Shown in pieces: positions 1-10,186 of a stretch of 64,000 nucleotides of DNA (position 1 is the stretch's first letter; every line of letters begins with the position of its first letter). Source of the DNA: an uncultured Gammaproteobacteria bacterium. Lineage in GTDB: Bacteria > Patescibacteriota > Microgenomatia > CAZETR01 > Amesbacteraceae. Below the pieces are notes generated by a model that was given only the letters and a program-made list of their open reading frames with translations, did no database searches and had not been told where the DNA came from. The DNA lies in the NCBI GenBank assembly GCA_964356225.1, contig CAYHGA010000001.1:104220-168219 (forward strand). The letters run 5' to 3'. Position numbers and translations under genes: made by a program.

Positions 1-90
1 ACACAATCTCTTTTCCAATAAATGCCGGCCAATTTTCTTGGCCTGCTCTACACTCTCGCAAGTAATGTAAACCAAAATCATGTCAGTCAT
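1..90 (-). CDS. cutA: Divalent-cation tolerance protein CutA, 5' part (runs off window)
   Basis: Hand translation MTDMILVYITCESVEQAKKIGRHLLEKRLC matches the CutA N-terminus; ATGA overlap with the stop of the upstream hydrolase. Confidence 0.8.
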   Translation of the reverse strand, partial: MTDMILVYITCESVEQAKKIGRHLLEKRLC

Positions 91-941
91 AATTTTTTTA
101 TCCATTCTAATATAACTTCTGAAAATTCTGCCTCTTTGCCATCGTAGGTGTGGTTGGCGCCGGGGATTATTTTTGTAGTGAATGATTTACAATTTGTGGC
201 CATTGTTTTTAAGTCGTCTAGGTCTTTTTGGGCCGATTTGACGAACGAGTCGTCATTTTCTCCATAGATGGCGAGGACGGGCTGATGGATTGCTGAAATT
301 TCAGGGAGAATATCTGCTGGCCCGGATTTAGTAAATAGATCTACCGTTGTTTGAGAACTCAAATAATACCAGTTATAAATCTTGTGAGAAACAATTTTCA
401 AAGGATTACCTTGCGAAATATTTTTGTTGGCTTCTTCCAAAATCTCTGTAGGATTTGTTTCATATCTTTCGAATAATCCAACCATGTCTGCCGGAGAGGC
501 AAGAACGACCCCAACTACATTGGCTGGTGATTTCTTAGACATATAGTGAATAACCTTTGGTCCTCCTAGGCTATGTCCGGCTAGAATAATTTTTGAATAT
601 CCCAAATCAATCGCTGATTTAATCCAGGCGTCGATGTCAAAAACGCTTTCCTCGAACCTTTCATATGTTGTGCCAATCCGACGATATCTTTTTTGTTCGT
701 CTGAGATGGGCTGGTCTGCAACAATGAAGTCACTTATGTGGCCACTTCCTCTGTTGTGTCCGTAGAGAAAATTTATGTCGTTTTGTTGCAGAACTTTTCC
801 AAGGACATTTGCAAACTGGTTTTCTAAAATTGTCCCAGCCATTCCGTGGACAAAGACAACACACAAATCCTTTTCGCTTGAAGAATAGTAGGCTCCAGGG
901 AGAATCAGTTTGTCTTCGGTTGTGGTATAGATGAGATCCAT
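87..941 (-). CDS. Alpha/beta hydrolase (DUF1749-like)
   Basis: VHG oxyanion motif, GHSLG nucleophile elbow, GEND acid, GANH His. Confidence 0.85.
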   Translation of the reverse strand: MDLIYTTTEDKLILPGAYYSSSEKDLCVVFVHGMAGTILENQFANVLGKVLQQNDINFLYGHNRGSGHISDFIVADQPISDEQKRYRRIGTTYERFEESVFDIDAWIKSAIDLGYSKIILAGHSLGGPKVIHYMSKKSPANVVGVVLASPADMVGLFERYETNPTEILEEANKNISQGNPLKIVSHKIYNWYYLSSQTTVDLFTKSGPADILPEISAIHQPVLAIYGENDDSFVKSAQKDLDDLKTMATNCKSFTTKIIPGANHTYDGKEAEFSEVILEWIKKL

Positions 942-942
942 A

Positions 943-1860
943 TTATTCTTCTAACTCCTTTACTTCTTCCAATTCACCGAGAGATTTAGTTTGGGAAAGT
1001 TTTTGGCCCATGAGAGTGAAGGATTGGTTGACGCTGCTCATGGTGTTGTAGGAATTGGTGACGTGGCGGCCGAGAGTGCCGAGATTTTCTTCCACTTTAG
1101 AGTAATCTTTTTGAATAGCGCGCAGGAGCTGGAAAACCTGGCGAGATTTGGTTTCCAGCTCTTTGCCCTGAAAAGATTGCAAAAGAACCTGGAGATGGGC
1201 GTATAAAGTATTTGGGGAAACCGGGTAAACACGAGAGTTGCGGGCGGCGACGCTTAATTCGCGGATATTGACGACTTCGTAATAAACTGATTCCGAAGGA
1301 ATATACATGAGAGCAAAATCCATGGTACCTTCGTCCGGGAGAATGTATTTTTTGGAAATATCGGTGATATGTTTTTTGACGTCCGCGATGAAGTCTTTTT
1401 TGGCGCCGTCTTCGCCTTTGACCATGCGGTTGAAATTTTCCATGGGGAATTTGGAGTCTATACACAGCAGGCCGGCGTCGGTTTTGAGAACTGCATCCAC
1501 AATACCTCCGGTTTTGAAACGGTATTGGAGATGGAAAGCGTTTTTGGGGAAAGTCTGGCCGATCATTTCCTTAAGAACTTCTTCACCGATGCCGCCCCGC
1601 AATTTAGGCGACTGTAAAAATTCCTGGAGGGATTTTATGCCCCGGCCGACTTCGGACATCTCTCCGAGGCTTTTATGGACGTCGGAAATTACTCTAGCGG
1701 CATTGTCTAGTCTGTCGTTAAGTTGCGAAGAAGTAGATTTAAGCCAATCAGTGAGAATGGGGTCGGCGGTAGGCTTTTGATTTAACCATTGGCGGAGTAA
1801 AAATAAAGTGATAGTAAAACCCGCTATAATTACTGCAATGACGAGAAGAAAAAGACCCAT
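943..1860 (-). CDS. rmuC: DNA recombination protein RmuC family
   Basis: N-terminal TM, PKLRGGIGE, IDSKFP, DFALMYIPSE motifs; start moved to MGLFLL (uncertain). Confidence 0.85.
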   Translation of the reverse strand: MGLFLLVIAVIIAGFTITLFLLRQWLNQKPTADPILTDWLKSTSSQLNDRLDNAARVISDVHKSLGEMSEVGRGIKSLQEFLQSPKLRGGIGEEVLKEMIGQTFPKNAFHLQYRFKTGGIVDAVLKTDAGLLCIDSKFPMENFNRMVKGEDGAKKDFIADVKKHITDISKKYILPDEGTMDFALMYIPSESVYYEVVNIRELSVAARNSRVYPVSPNTLYAHLQVLLQSFQGKELETKSRQVFQLLRAIQKDYSKVEENLGTLGRHVTNSYNTMSSVNQSFTLMGQKLSQTKSLGELEEVKELEE

Positions 1861-2134
1861 ATTGAGTCTAATCATAGCACTTCTGACCTGGATTGGGGTA
1901 GGGTTTATTGTTTGGAAACTTCCGCCCACCTGGTGGAGCGAGCTGTTGGTCGTCAGTCTTTTGTCGCTGGCGTTGATTTTGACGGTGGCATGGGGAATCG
2001 GAAAAAGAAAGCTGGGAGTGATGCTAGCGTTAGCAATAGTGGGACTGATTTTAATGCAGAGGTTTAGAATCTTGGAATGGACGACAATGGGACTGTGGCT
2101 GGTGGTAGTGGGGTTGATCTCTTTGGTCAATTAA
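1838..2134 (+). CDS. Small hypothetical membrane protein
   Basis: Hydrophobic ORF; TATAAT 7 nt upstream of ATG 1838; 5' end overlaps rmuC head-to-head, so one of the starts is uncertain. Confidence 0.6.
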   Translation: MTRRKRPILSLIIALLTWIGVGFIVWKLPPTWWSELLVVSLLSLALILTVAWGIGKRKLGVMLALAIVGLILMQRFRILEWTTMGLWLVVVGLISLVN

Positions 2135-2151
2135 AGTAGAATCCGAAACTG

Positions 2152-2511
2152 ATGCAAGTGTCTAAGAAAAAGGTTAATTCAGTTTTGGAAAAGCAGTTGT
2201 TCGCAATGCTGTGGCAATTAGTGGTGGATTTGAAGAATCCAAAAGAGGCGGAGGTTGTTTTATCTGATTTACTATCCACTACAGAGATTGCAACGGTGGC
2301 CAAAAGACTAGCGGTGGCGTATTGGCTGTCTAAAAAACGCAGCTATGAAAACATAAAACAGAATTTGAAAGTGTCTTCAGCTACAGTGGCGGAGGTGCAA
2401 AAAAATATGAAAAAGCCAGGATGGAAATTGGCGATGGTTAAAGTTACAGCTGATGAATGGGCTAATGTGTGGGAAGCGAAGATAAAGAAGTTAATAGTTC
2501 ATAGTTCATAG
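2152..2511 (+). CDS. TrpR-like YerC/YecD family protein
   Basis: DLLSTTEIATVAKRLAVA...SYENIKQNLKVSSATVAEV HTH pattern. Confidence 0.8.
   Translation: MQVSKKKVNSVLEKQLFAMLWQLVVDLKNPKEAEVVLSDLLSTTEIATVAKRLAVAYWLSKKRSYENIKQNLKVSSATVAEVQKNMKKPGWKLAMVKVTADEWANVWEAKIKKLIVHSS
2489..2511 (+). repeat. Heptamer array AGTTCAT x3 at a convergent gene junction
   Basis: agttaat agttcat agttcat ag; contains the stop codons of both flanking genes. Confidence 0.75.
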
Positions 2512-3711
2512 TAAAAACACCCCATTTAGATAAATAACTTTTGAAGACCCATTGGACAAATATGCAGTAACGGTGCGGCGGGTGGTAGAAATAATATCGG
2601 TGTGGACTACAGAATCATTAAATCCCCAGCTGGTCCATTGGGATTTGGTGATTTTGGCAGGATTGCCGGTATACGAATCCTGGTAGGCCCGACCCAGAGC
2701 AATGTGAGTATTGCCGAAGGGACCGGAAATATTTTCATCGAAAAGGGTCTCGGCCATGAATTTATTAATCCGGGATAATCTTTTGTCGGTTAAAGAAAAT
2801 TCGCCGATTTTATCGGCATTGGGATTTTTTAACATGGCTTGAAGAACAGAATAATTTTTGGTGGCTAAACTTTTGACGACCAAGCCGTTTTGAAAATCTA
2901 ATTTAATGCTTTCAATTAAGCTGCCATATCTATAGAGGGGTTGATCAAATTCAATATGACCTTGGGTCCCCCGCCAGTCGGGGGAAATAAAAACTTCGAA
3001 GCTGGGAATATTGCGGCCTGACCCGCCTAACCATTTACGGTTGGGGCCAATCTTGACCCAGAGATCAATTGTGTCTGCCTGGATATGCAGTTTGTCGATC
3101 TTTAAGGAATTTAATTTTTTGAGAATTTGGGAATTTTGGGCAAAGACCTCCTTCCACTTTTTAATAGGATCCTGTTCGTCCAGAAAGCAGGCTTTAATAA
3201 TTTGGTCCCAATACCCTTTTTGGGAGAGTCCAGCCTCTTTGGCCATGACGGGAGTGCCATAAAGGGCCAGCGTCCAGGTGTACTTTCCGGCATTTTCTTT
3301 AGTATCTAACCATTCGATGTATGGTTTGGCGGAGGCACTTTTGGACATGATTTTGGCGGGATCTATGCCTTCAAGTTCGTGTTTATTGGTTTCGGAAATG
3401 ATAGAAATGGAGTGGTCGATCTGGTCAGCCAGTCCTTTGAGGTATTTGCGGGGAAAAAATTTCAGTTGGTCTGACGTGGCGAGTTCGAAAAATTCTCGAG
3501 AAATATCGTCTGCTATATAATTTGAGATGACGTGGCCACCGGAACGGAGAATCTGATTACGGACTTCTATATATAGAGGTTTGGCGGATTCGGAAACATT
3601 CAGACGAATAACGTCACCCTTTTTGATGCCTTTTCCGGAATTAAGAGCGAAGTTGACCAGGACTTGGGCGTATTTTTCGAGAATGGCTTTCGGGGGCGTG
3701 AAGTTTGTCAT
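2506..3711 (-). CDS. Aminopeptidase (M29/AmpS family)
   Basis: KYAQVLV start, NIPSFEVF, GEFSL, LFDEN, HIALG, HTDII metal motifs; start MTNF has a -10 box 7 nt upstream. Confidence 0.9.
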   Translation of the reverse strand: MTNFTPPKAILEKYAQVLVNFALNSGKGIKKGDVIRLNVSESAKPLYIEVRNQILRSGGHVISNYIADDISREFFELATSDQLKFFPRKYLKGLADQIDHSISIISETNKHELEGIDPAKIMSKSASAKPYIEWLDTKENAGKYTWTLALYGTPVMAKEAGLSQKGYWDQIIKACFLDEQDPIKKWKEVFAQNSQILKKLNSLKIDKLHIQADTIDLWVKIGPNRKWLGGSGRNIPSFEVFISPDWRGTQGHIEFDQPLYRYGSLIESIKLDFQNGLVVKSLATKNYSVLQAMLKNPNADKIGEFSLTDKRLSRINKFMAETLFDENISGPFGNTHIALGRAYQDSYTGNPAKITKSQWTSWGFNDSVVHTDIISTTRRTVTAYLSNGSSKVIYLNGVFLL

Positions 3712-3739
3712 GGGCGGGACTATAGCATAAAATACGCAT
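3712..3739. promoter_or_regulatory. Divergent leaderless promoters for the aminopeptidase and metG
   Basis: TATAGT on - (3719-3724) 7 nt before ATG 3711; TAAAAT on + (3728-3733) 6 nt before ATG 3740. Confidence 0.65.
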
Positions 3740-5173
3740 ATGGACAAAAAGTTTTACATTACTGCAGCTATTCCGTATGTCAATGCTAAACCGCATATTG
3801 GGCACGTTCTGGAATTTGTGCAAACGGATACTGTTGCACGGTACCACAAATTGCTAGGTGAAGAAGTGCTGGCATTGTCCGGCGGGGATGAAAATGCCTT
3901 GAAAAATGTGCAGGCGGCGGAGAAGGCCGGGGAGCCAATTAAAGAATTTATTGACAGAAATACGCAGCTTTTTTATGAACTGACAAAAAAACTGAATGTG
4001 CAATTTAACGTGTGGCAAAAAGGCAGCGACCAAAAAACACATTTTCCTTCCAGCCAGAAATTATGGAAACTGTGCAAGAAAGATATCTATACGAAAAAAT
4101 ATAAAGGCTTGTACTGCGTAGGGTGTGAGACGTTTTATGAGAAAGAAGAATTAAATGAAAACGGAGAATGTTTTGAGCATCCCGGGAAAAAATTAGACGA
4201 GGTGGAAGAAGAAAATTATTTTTTCCGGTTGTCCAAGTATCAAGAACAATTAATGAAACTTATTGAATCCGGTGGGTTGGAAATTGTTCCTGAAGAGAGA
4301 AAAAACGAAGTATTGGCTTTTTTGAAAGGCGGTTTGCAAGATATCAGCATTTCCAGATCAAACGAAAGGGCTAAAAATTGGGGAGTGCCAGTGCCGGGAG
4401 ACGACAAGCAGAGAATTTATGTGTGGTTTGATGCTTTAAATATTTACCAGTCGGGAATTGGGTTTGGGTGGGATGAAGAAAAATATACTAAATGGTGGCC
4501 GGCAGATGTACATGTGATAGGTAAAGGAATTATCCGCTTCCACGCAGTATACTGGCCTGCGTTTTTACTTTCCGCCGGACTGAAGCTACCCAAAAAAATC
4601 TTCGTACATGGATATTACACAGTGAATGGACAAAAAATGTCCAAAACACTGGGAAACGTGTATGATCCCCTACCGCTTTTAGAGAAATACGGAGCCGACC
4701 CACTGCGATATTATTGCCTAGCCAAAACTCCGCCGTTTACGGACGGGGATTTTTCAGAAGAAAAATTCATCGAGGCTTATAATTCGGATCTTGCTAATGG
4801 ATTAGGAAATTTGGTGGCCAGGGTGGCGAAACTTGCGGAGCGGGTGAATATTCAATATTCAATATTCAATATCCAATATCCAGATAATAGATTTAAAGAT
4901 ATTAAAAACTTGTTGGATAAATTTAGATTTGATGAAGCGTTAAAAACGATTTGGGGATGGATTTCTGAATTGGATCAACAAATTGAGAAAGACCAGCCGT
5001 GGAAATTGGAGGGGAAGGATCTGGAACAAATTCTGGCGGGCTACCGGGAGAATATTTTGAAAATTGCGACTGCATTACAACCATTCTTACCCCAGACGGC
5101 TGAAAAAGTGCTTAAACAGTTTTCGGGGCCGGAGATTAAAAGTGAATCTCCTTTGTTTCCGAGAATCAAATGA
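3740..5173 (+). CDS. metG: Methionine--tRNA ligase (short form)
   Basis: YITAAIPYVN..PHIGH, YCVGCE zinc knuckle, YVWFDAL, KMSKT. Confidence 0.97.
   Translation: MDKKFYITAAIPYVNAKPHIGHVLEFVQTDTVARYHKLLGEEVLALSGGDENALKNVQAAEKAGEPIKEFIDRNTQLFYELTKKLNVQFNVWQKGSDQKTHFPSSQKLWKLCKKDIYTKKYKGLYCVGCETFYEKEELNENGECFEHPGKKLDEVEEENYFFRLSKYQEQLMKLIESGGLEIVPEERKNEVLAFLKGGLQDISISRSNERAKNWGVPVPGDDKQRIYVWFDALNIYQSGIGFGWDEEKYTKWWPADVHVIGKGIIRFHAVYWPAFLLSAGLKLPKKIFVHGYYTVNGQKMSKTLGNVYDPLPLLEKYGADPLRYYCLAKTPPFTDGDFSEEKFIEAYNSDLANGLGNLVARVAKLAERVNIQYSIFNIQYPDNRFKDIKNLLDKFRFDEALKTIWGWISELDQQIEKDQPWKLEGKDLEQILAGYRENILKIATALQPFLPQTAEKVLKQFSGPEIKSESPLFPRIK
4847..4881 (+). repeat. Heptamer array AATATTC x5 inside metG
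   Basis: aatattc x3 then aatatcc x2; encodes NIQYSIFNIQYP. Confidence 0.9.
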
Positions 5174-5940
5174 TTGACGCCCACTGCCATTTGCAGGAGT
5201 TTGAGGATATACAGGCAATCGTAAGCAGCGCAGGCAAGGCAGGCATTGCGGGCATGATTTGTTGTGGAGCTGATCTGGAAAGTTCAAAAAAAGCTATCGA
5301 AATAGCTGAAAAGTTTGAGCAAGTCTATGCGACTGTTGGATGTCATCCTGACCAAATTTTTAATTTTAAATTTTTAATATCGAGCCCCCTCTCGCGCTTC
5401 GCGAATAATCAATTTTTAAAATTGGCAAAATCTAAAAAAGTCGTGGCTATTGGAGAGTGCGGGCTGGATTTTTTACCAGAGACAAGAAAAGAAGAGAAAA
5501 GTGCTCAGAGAGAATTGCTGAAATTTAATATTGATTTGGCGAAAAAGGCGAGGTTGCCATTAGTGGTGCATTGTAGGAACGCCTTCGCAGATATATTTGA
5601 GATAGTGGATTATGACAAGGTGCAAATGCATTGCTTTACGGGGAATATGGAACAAATGCAGGAATGTGTGAGGCGGGGATGGTATATAAGTTTCGGGGGA
5701 ATTGTGACTTTTAAAAGCAGTCAGGAATTACGAGAGGTGGCGAAGGCGGTGCCGGAGGATAAATTGCTGGTTGAGACAGACGCGCCATATTTGGCTCCAG
5801 AGCCGGTGCGGGGTTCGCGAAACATGCCTACAAATGTTAAAATTGTGGCGGCCAAAATAGCTGAAGTGCGAGGTACTTCAATTAATCAAATTGAAGAAGT
5901 TACTACCGAGAACGCCCGGTTATTTTTTGGATTGAGATGA
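5170..5940 (+). CDS. tatD: TatD family hydrolase
   Basis: IDAHCHL, AIGECGLD, VHCR, HCF, ETDAPY. Confidence 0.95.
   Translation: MIDAHCHLQEFEDIQAIVSSAGKAGIAGMICCGADLESSKKAIEIAEKFEQVYATVGCHPDQIFNFKFLISSPLSRFANNQFLKLAKSKKVVAIGECGLDFLPETRKEEKSAQRELLKFNIDLAKKARLPLVVHCRNAFADIFEIVDYDKVQMHCFTGNMEQMQECVRRGWYISFGGIVTFKSSQELREVAKAVPEDKLLVETDAPYLAPEPVRGSRNMPTNVKIVAAKIAEVRGTSINQIEEVTTENARLFFGLR
5355..5417 (+). repeat. AATTTTT array plus TCGCGCTTCGCGA hairpin inside tatD
   Basis: aattttt aatttta aattttt aatatcg agccccctc tcgcgcttcgcga ataatc aattttt; near copy at 28605-28651. Confidence 0.85.
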
Positions 5941-7397
5941 CCAAAAGGAGATTATTAGAAATCGTGCCGGGGTTTTTGAGCTGGAACATTATTTTATTTT
6001 TGTTTTGGGGCGGATATTTTTTTCCGGAAATTACTGCGTACTCCATTCTATTATTCGAGGTCTTTTGGGTATACAAGGGAATTTCGCTGGTAGCCGCCGC
6101 CGGTGTGTCTTATATTAAAATCCAGGCGGCGGAAAAATTGAACTGGATGGAAGAGGTGAAAGGGTTCGGAGACTTTAAAAAGGTGAGACACATTGTGCTT
6201 GTGATGGTGGCCAATGAACCCGTAGAAGTCTATAAGAGGACTCTCGAGGCTTTGGCACAACAAACCTTTCCTTTAAGACAATTAGCGGTGGTGATGGCCA
6301 CTGAAGAAAGGTTTCCTAACGGGGCTGTGGAATGTGAAGAGTTAAGAAAAACCTTAGGAAAAAAATTTGGAGACTATATTGTCTCGGTTCATCCCGCAGA
6401 TATCGCGGGAGAAATTAAGGGCAAATCTTCAAACGAGGCTTGGGCCGCCCGGGAAGCCAAAAGGGTTCTGGTAGATAAGAAAAAGTATGACATTAAATAC
6501 ATCACAATTACTTCAAACGACGCAGATGCGATTTTACACCGTCAATACTTCGCGTATTTAACTTTTAAGTTTCTGGACGATCCCAATAGGTATCTGAAAT
6601 TCTGGCAACCGGCAATCGTTTTCTATAACAATATTTGGAGACTGCCGGCCCCCAGCCGGGTGGTAAATACTTTTTCGAATATTTGGCAAGTGGGCTTGCT
6701 GTCCCGTAAAGACCGATTGGTTAATTTTTCCAATTATTCGGCGTCGCTGTCTATGATAGACAAGGTGGGGTACTGGGATACGGACGTGATCCCGGAAGAC
6801 TATAGAATATTTTTTAAAGCCTTTTTCAAATTAGATGGGCAAGTGGAAGTGGAACCGATCTTTTTGCCGTCTTCGGCTGACGCGGCAGAGTCGACTTCTA
6901 TCTGGAAAACATTTATAAACGACTACGAACAGAAAAAAAGATGGGCGTGGGGAGTTTCTGATCTGCCGTTGTTTATCCGCTGGTACCTGAAGGAGCCCAA
7001 GGTTTCATTTTTTAACAAATCTATCCGCATCTTTAGATTACTGGAAGATCATATTATGTGGCCGGTGTATTGGTTTTTTATCACCATGGGGGTAACTATC
7101 TCAACACTGGTTAATCCTAATTTCAGCAGGACATCAATAGGATATATGCTACCAAAGTTTTCATCCACCATTTTGTCAGTTACGACTATTTTTCTTTTGT
7201 TTCTGCTAATTTTTGAGTTTAGGTTGCGGCCAAAACCTGCGAAAAAGAAATTTTTGAGAATGTTAGTGGCCCCGTTAGAATTAATATGGATGCCGGTGGT
7301 AGGATTTTTCTTCGGGGCCTTGCCTGGATTGGACGCCCATACAAGGCTTATGCTTGGGCGCTATCTTGAATACCGGGTCACGGAAAAGGTAGGATAA
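5937..7397 (+). CDS. Membrane GT2 glycosyltransferase
   Basis: KGKSSN, DAD, VIPED and QKKRW motifs; flanking TM helices. Confidence 0.9.
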   Translation: MTKRRLLEIVPGFLSWNIILFLFWGGYFFPEITAYSILLFEVFWVYKGISLVAAAGVSYIKIQAAEKLNWMEEVKGFGDFKKVRHIVLVMVANEPVEVYKRTLEALAQQTFPLRQLAVVMATEERFPNGAVECEELRKTLGKKFGDYIVSVHPADIAGEIKGKSSNEAWAAREAKRVLVDKKKYDIKYITITSNDADAILHRQYFAYLTFKFLDDPNRYLKFWQPAIVFYNNIWRLPAPSRVVNTFSNIWQVGLLSRKDRLVNFSNYSASLSMIDKVGYWDTDVIPEDYRIFFKAFFKLDGQVEVEPIFLPSSADAAESTSIWKTFINDYEQKKRWAWGVSDLPLFIRWYLKEPKVSFFNKSIRIFRLLEDHIMWPVYWFFITMGVTISTLVNPNFSRTSIGYMLPKFSSTILSVTTIFLLFLLIFEFRLRPKPAKKKFLRMLVAPLELIWMPVVGFFFGALPGLDAHTRLMLGRYLEYRVTEKVG

Positions 7398-7401
7398 GGT
7401 T

Positions 7402-8805
7402 ATGCGCAGGTGGTTGGTGGTACATGAGGCAATATTGATGATTTTGGCAGGAGTGGTTTTTTTGCGAATCCCCAGCCTGTTTGAGCCGTATTGGTATGGA
7501 GACGAAGGAATATATCTGACGATCGGGCGGGCGATGCGACACGGGGTGGAACTATATAAAGGAATTCACGACAACAAGCCGCCTTTGATATATACACTGG
7601 CGGCGGTAGCTGACGGGAAGCAATTTTGGTTTAAATTTATTCTGCTGCTGTGGGGTGTGGCTACAGTGGCCGTATTTTGGAATGTATCCCGATACAAGAT
7701 CTGGCCAACGGTGATTTTTGCTGCACTGACTACTTTACCGTTACTGGAAGGCAACATCGCCAATGCAGAATTGTTTTTCTTGTTGTTGACGGTAAGCGCG
7801 TTTGGCCTGGTGTGGAAAAATGACAGCCTGAAAAATATATTCGGAGCGGGGGTTCTGTATGGGATGGCGGGATTGTTTAAAACGCCAGGACTTTTGGAGG
7901 TAGCGGTATGGCCTACTATATGGCTAGTTACCCGGGACCGGGGATGGTTTAAAAAATCGTTTTGGATGGGGGTGGGGGCAGTCATACCGACGGGGCTAGC
8001 CGTTGTCTATTTTTTGGGACGAGGGACACTTCCAGAATTTATGACGGCAGTGGGAATTAAAATGATCCCCTATTTGTCTAGCTGGAATGTGGGGTTACCC
8101 ATTATTGGATCACTCTCGGGGAGGGCCATGTTATTGGTTGGTTGGTTAGGTGTTTTATGGTTAGTGGGAAGAAAAGTACCGAGAACGGTAGTAATTATGG
8201 GAGTGTGGTGGGGGATAGCGCTGTTTTCGGCTTTGCTTTCCGGCCGGCCGTATCCACATTACCTGCTGCAGTTGGTGCCGGTGGTGAGTCTGGTGGCGGG
8301 GGCCGTAGTTTGGGAAGAGAAGAGGGGGAAAATTTTGTGGCTAACAATGGTGGTGACAACAGTTGCGGCTGTGAGCTTATTTAAATTTTATGCGTACCCG
8401 GTGGTGAGCTACTACCAAAATTGGGGCAAGTGGGTAGTGGGGGGGCAGAGCTATGAAACATACACACAATGGTTTAATCCCCAAGTGAAAAACAATTATG
8501 AGATAGCGAAACTGGTAATGGCGGGGAGCCGAGAGAATGAGAAAATTTTTGTGTGGGGAGATCAGCCCATGATTTACGCATTGGCACGCAGGCTACCGGC
8601 AACTAAATACACGGTGGCATATCATGTTAAAGAGTTTGGGGCAGAAAAAGAGACTATAGAAAAATTGCAGCAGACTCCGCCGCGGTATGTAGTGTTGTGG
8701 GGAAACGGAGAAGATCTTCCGGGCTTGACGGAACTATTGAGGCAAGATTACATCCGGGAACAAAAAGAGGGAGAAGCCCAAATATATAGTCTATGGAAAA
8801 TCTGA
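7402..8805 (+). CDS. GT-C (ArnT/PMT-like) membrane glycosyltransferase
   Basis: YGDEGIY, DNKPPLIY, YPHY; multi-TM. Confidence 0.8.
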   Translation: MRRWLVVHEAILMILAGVVFLRIPSLFEPYWYGDEGIYLTIGRAMRHGVELYKGIHDNKPPLIYTLAAVADGKQFWFKFILLLWGVATVAVFWNVSRYKIWPTVIFAALTTLPLLEGNIANAELFFLLLTVSAFGLVWKNDSLKNIFGAGVLYGMAGLFKTPGLLEVAVWPTIWLVTRDRGWFKKSFWMGVGAVIPTGLAVVYFLGRGTLPEFMTAVGIKMIPYLSSWNVGLPIIGSLSGRAMLLVGWLGVLWLVGRKVPRTVVIMGVWWGIALFSALLSGRPYPHYLLQLVPVVSLVAGAVVWEEKRGKILWLTMVVTTVAAVSLFKFYAYPVVSYYQNWGKWVVGGQSYETYTQWFNPQVKNNYEIAKLVMAGSRENEKIFVWGDQPMIYALARRLPATKYTVAYHVKEFGAEKETIEKLQQTPPRYVVLWGNGEDLPGLTELLRQDYIREQKEGEAQIYSLWKI

Positions 8806-9128
8806 AGAAAAAATTGGGGCTGTGGAATTGGCGGGTGGTGGCTGCCGGAATAGTGGTGGGGTGGGGACTGACGGTTATATATTGGAAGAGCTTGCCACCA
8901 GAAGTGCCGCTGTTATATAGCCGGCCCTGGGGGCAGGACCAGCTGGTCAGCCCTTATTTTTTGGTAATTCCGCCGATATTTTCGGCCGGGGTGGGGATAC
9001 TTTTGGGCTGGGTAGCTAATAAGTCAGAGGAAGAAAAACTGCTGCCGATTATCATTTTGGTATCGAGCATGGTAGTGCAGATAATTACTGTTTTGGGGTT
9101 AGTGAGAATTGTAATGCTGGTTGTATGA
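8793..9128 (+). CDS. Hypothetical membrane protein (DUF1648-like)
   Basis: LPPEVPLLYSRPWG between TM helices. Confidence 0.65.
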   Translation: MENLKKKLGLWNWRVVAAGIVVGWGLTVIYWKSLPPEVPLLYSRPWGQDQLVSPYFLVIPPIFSAGVGILLGWVANKSEEEKLLPIIILVSSMVVQIITVLGLVRIVMLVV

Positions 9129-10186
9129 TTGCCTTCCTGATGGCGGCTGCTATTTCCTGGATAGTAACCAGGTGGGTAGTTCAGAATGGCAAAATTTTAG
9201 GAATCATTGACGATCCCAAACAGCACAAACATCCCAAGGTGGTGCACGAGCGTCCCGTACCGCGAGGTGGGGGGATACCCATTTTTGCGGCCCTGATGAC
9301 TATTCTGGTATTTTCCGGCGGAAGTAAACAAATCTGGGGGGTAATTATTGGCGCAGCGATCTTGGCTATAGTGGGTTTCCTGGACGACAGGTATGAGGAA
9401 AAAATATCGCCGTATGTCCGGTTGGGAGTAAATATCCTGGCGGCTCTAGTGGTTATCGGATCCGGAATTGGCATTGCCTATATTACTAGCCCTTGGGGAG
9501 GAGTGATCGATTTATCGTGGCCAAGATGGTGCCTGGGAACACACTGTGTGTGGATTTGGGCAGATGTGTTCGCCTTGATATGGCTGGTGGCGATGCAAAA
9601 TATTGTGGGTTGGAGCAGCGGCGTGGACGGGCAGTTGCCGGGGTTTGTAATAATTGCGGCTATTACTATTGCCCTTTTGGGGTGGAAATTTAACGCGGAT
9701 TTCGGGCAGTGGCCGGTGATTATACTGGCGGCGGTAGTAGCCGGAGCCTACGCGGGATTTTTGCCGTGGAATTGGTATCCACAAAAAATTATGCCGGGGT
9801 ATGGAGGAAAAAGTCTAGCGGGGTTTCTTTTGGGAGTACTGGCCATTATGTCCGGGGCTAAAGTAGGAGCGATGATGCTGGTGCTAGGAATTCCCTTTAT
9901 CGACGCCGCTCTAGTCATAATTAAGCGGTTGCGGGAAGGACGAAGTCCGGTGTGGGGGGGGGACGAACACCTGCACCATTACTTGCTGAAACGGGGGTGG
10001 GGAAAAAGAAGGATCGCCTTGTTCTATTGGATGGCTGCGGCATTAATGGCAGTGGCCGTTTTGCGATTGAATAGTGAATGGAAGTACTTTACAATGGCCA
10101 CAGCTATCCTAGTAATTGGGGGAGTGATTTTATGGTTGCAAGGATTTTTGACTTATTCAAAACGGCCCGACCCCGACAGTGGGTGA
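9125..10186 (+). CDS. MraY/WecA/TagO family polyprenyl-phosphate sugar-1-P transferase
   Basis: PRGGG, GFLDD, GVDG, PWNWYPQKIMPG, HLHH. Confidence 0.9.
   Translation: MIAFLMAAAISWIVTRWVVQNGKILGIIDDPKQHKHPKVVHERPVPRGGGIPIFAALMTILVFSGGSKQIWGVIIGAAILAIVGFLDDRYEEKISPYVRLGVNILAALVVIGSGIGIAYITSPWGGVIDLSWPRWCLGTHCVWIWADVFALIWLVAMQNIVGWSSGVDGQLPGFVIIAAITIALLGWKFNADFGQWPVIILAAVVAGAYAGFLPWNWYPQKIMPGYGGKSLAGFLLGVLAIMSGAKVGAMMLVLGIPFIDAALVIIKRLREGRSPVWGGDEHLHHYLLKRGWGKRRIALFYWMAAALMAVAVLRLNSEWKYFTMATAILVIGGVILWLQGFLTYSKRPDPDSG

Noticed and set aside
1861-2130. Long N-terminal extension of rmuC in the ORF track
   Set aside because: It is antisense to a plausible membrane-protein gene, and the RmuC TM anchor starts near 1860.
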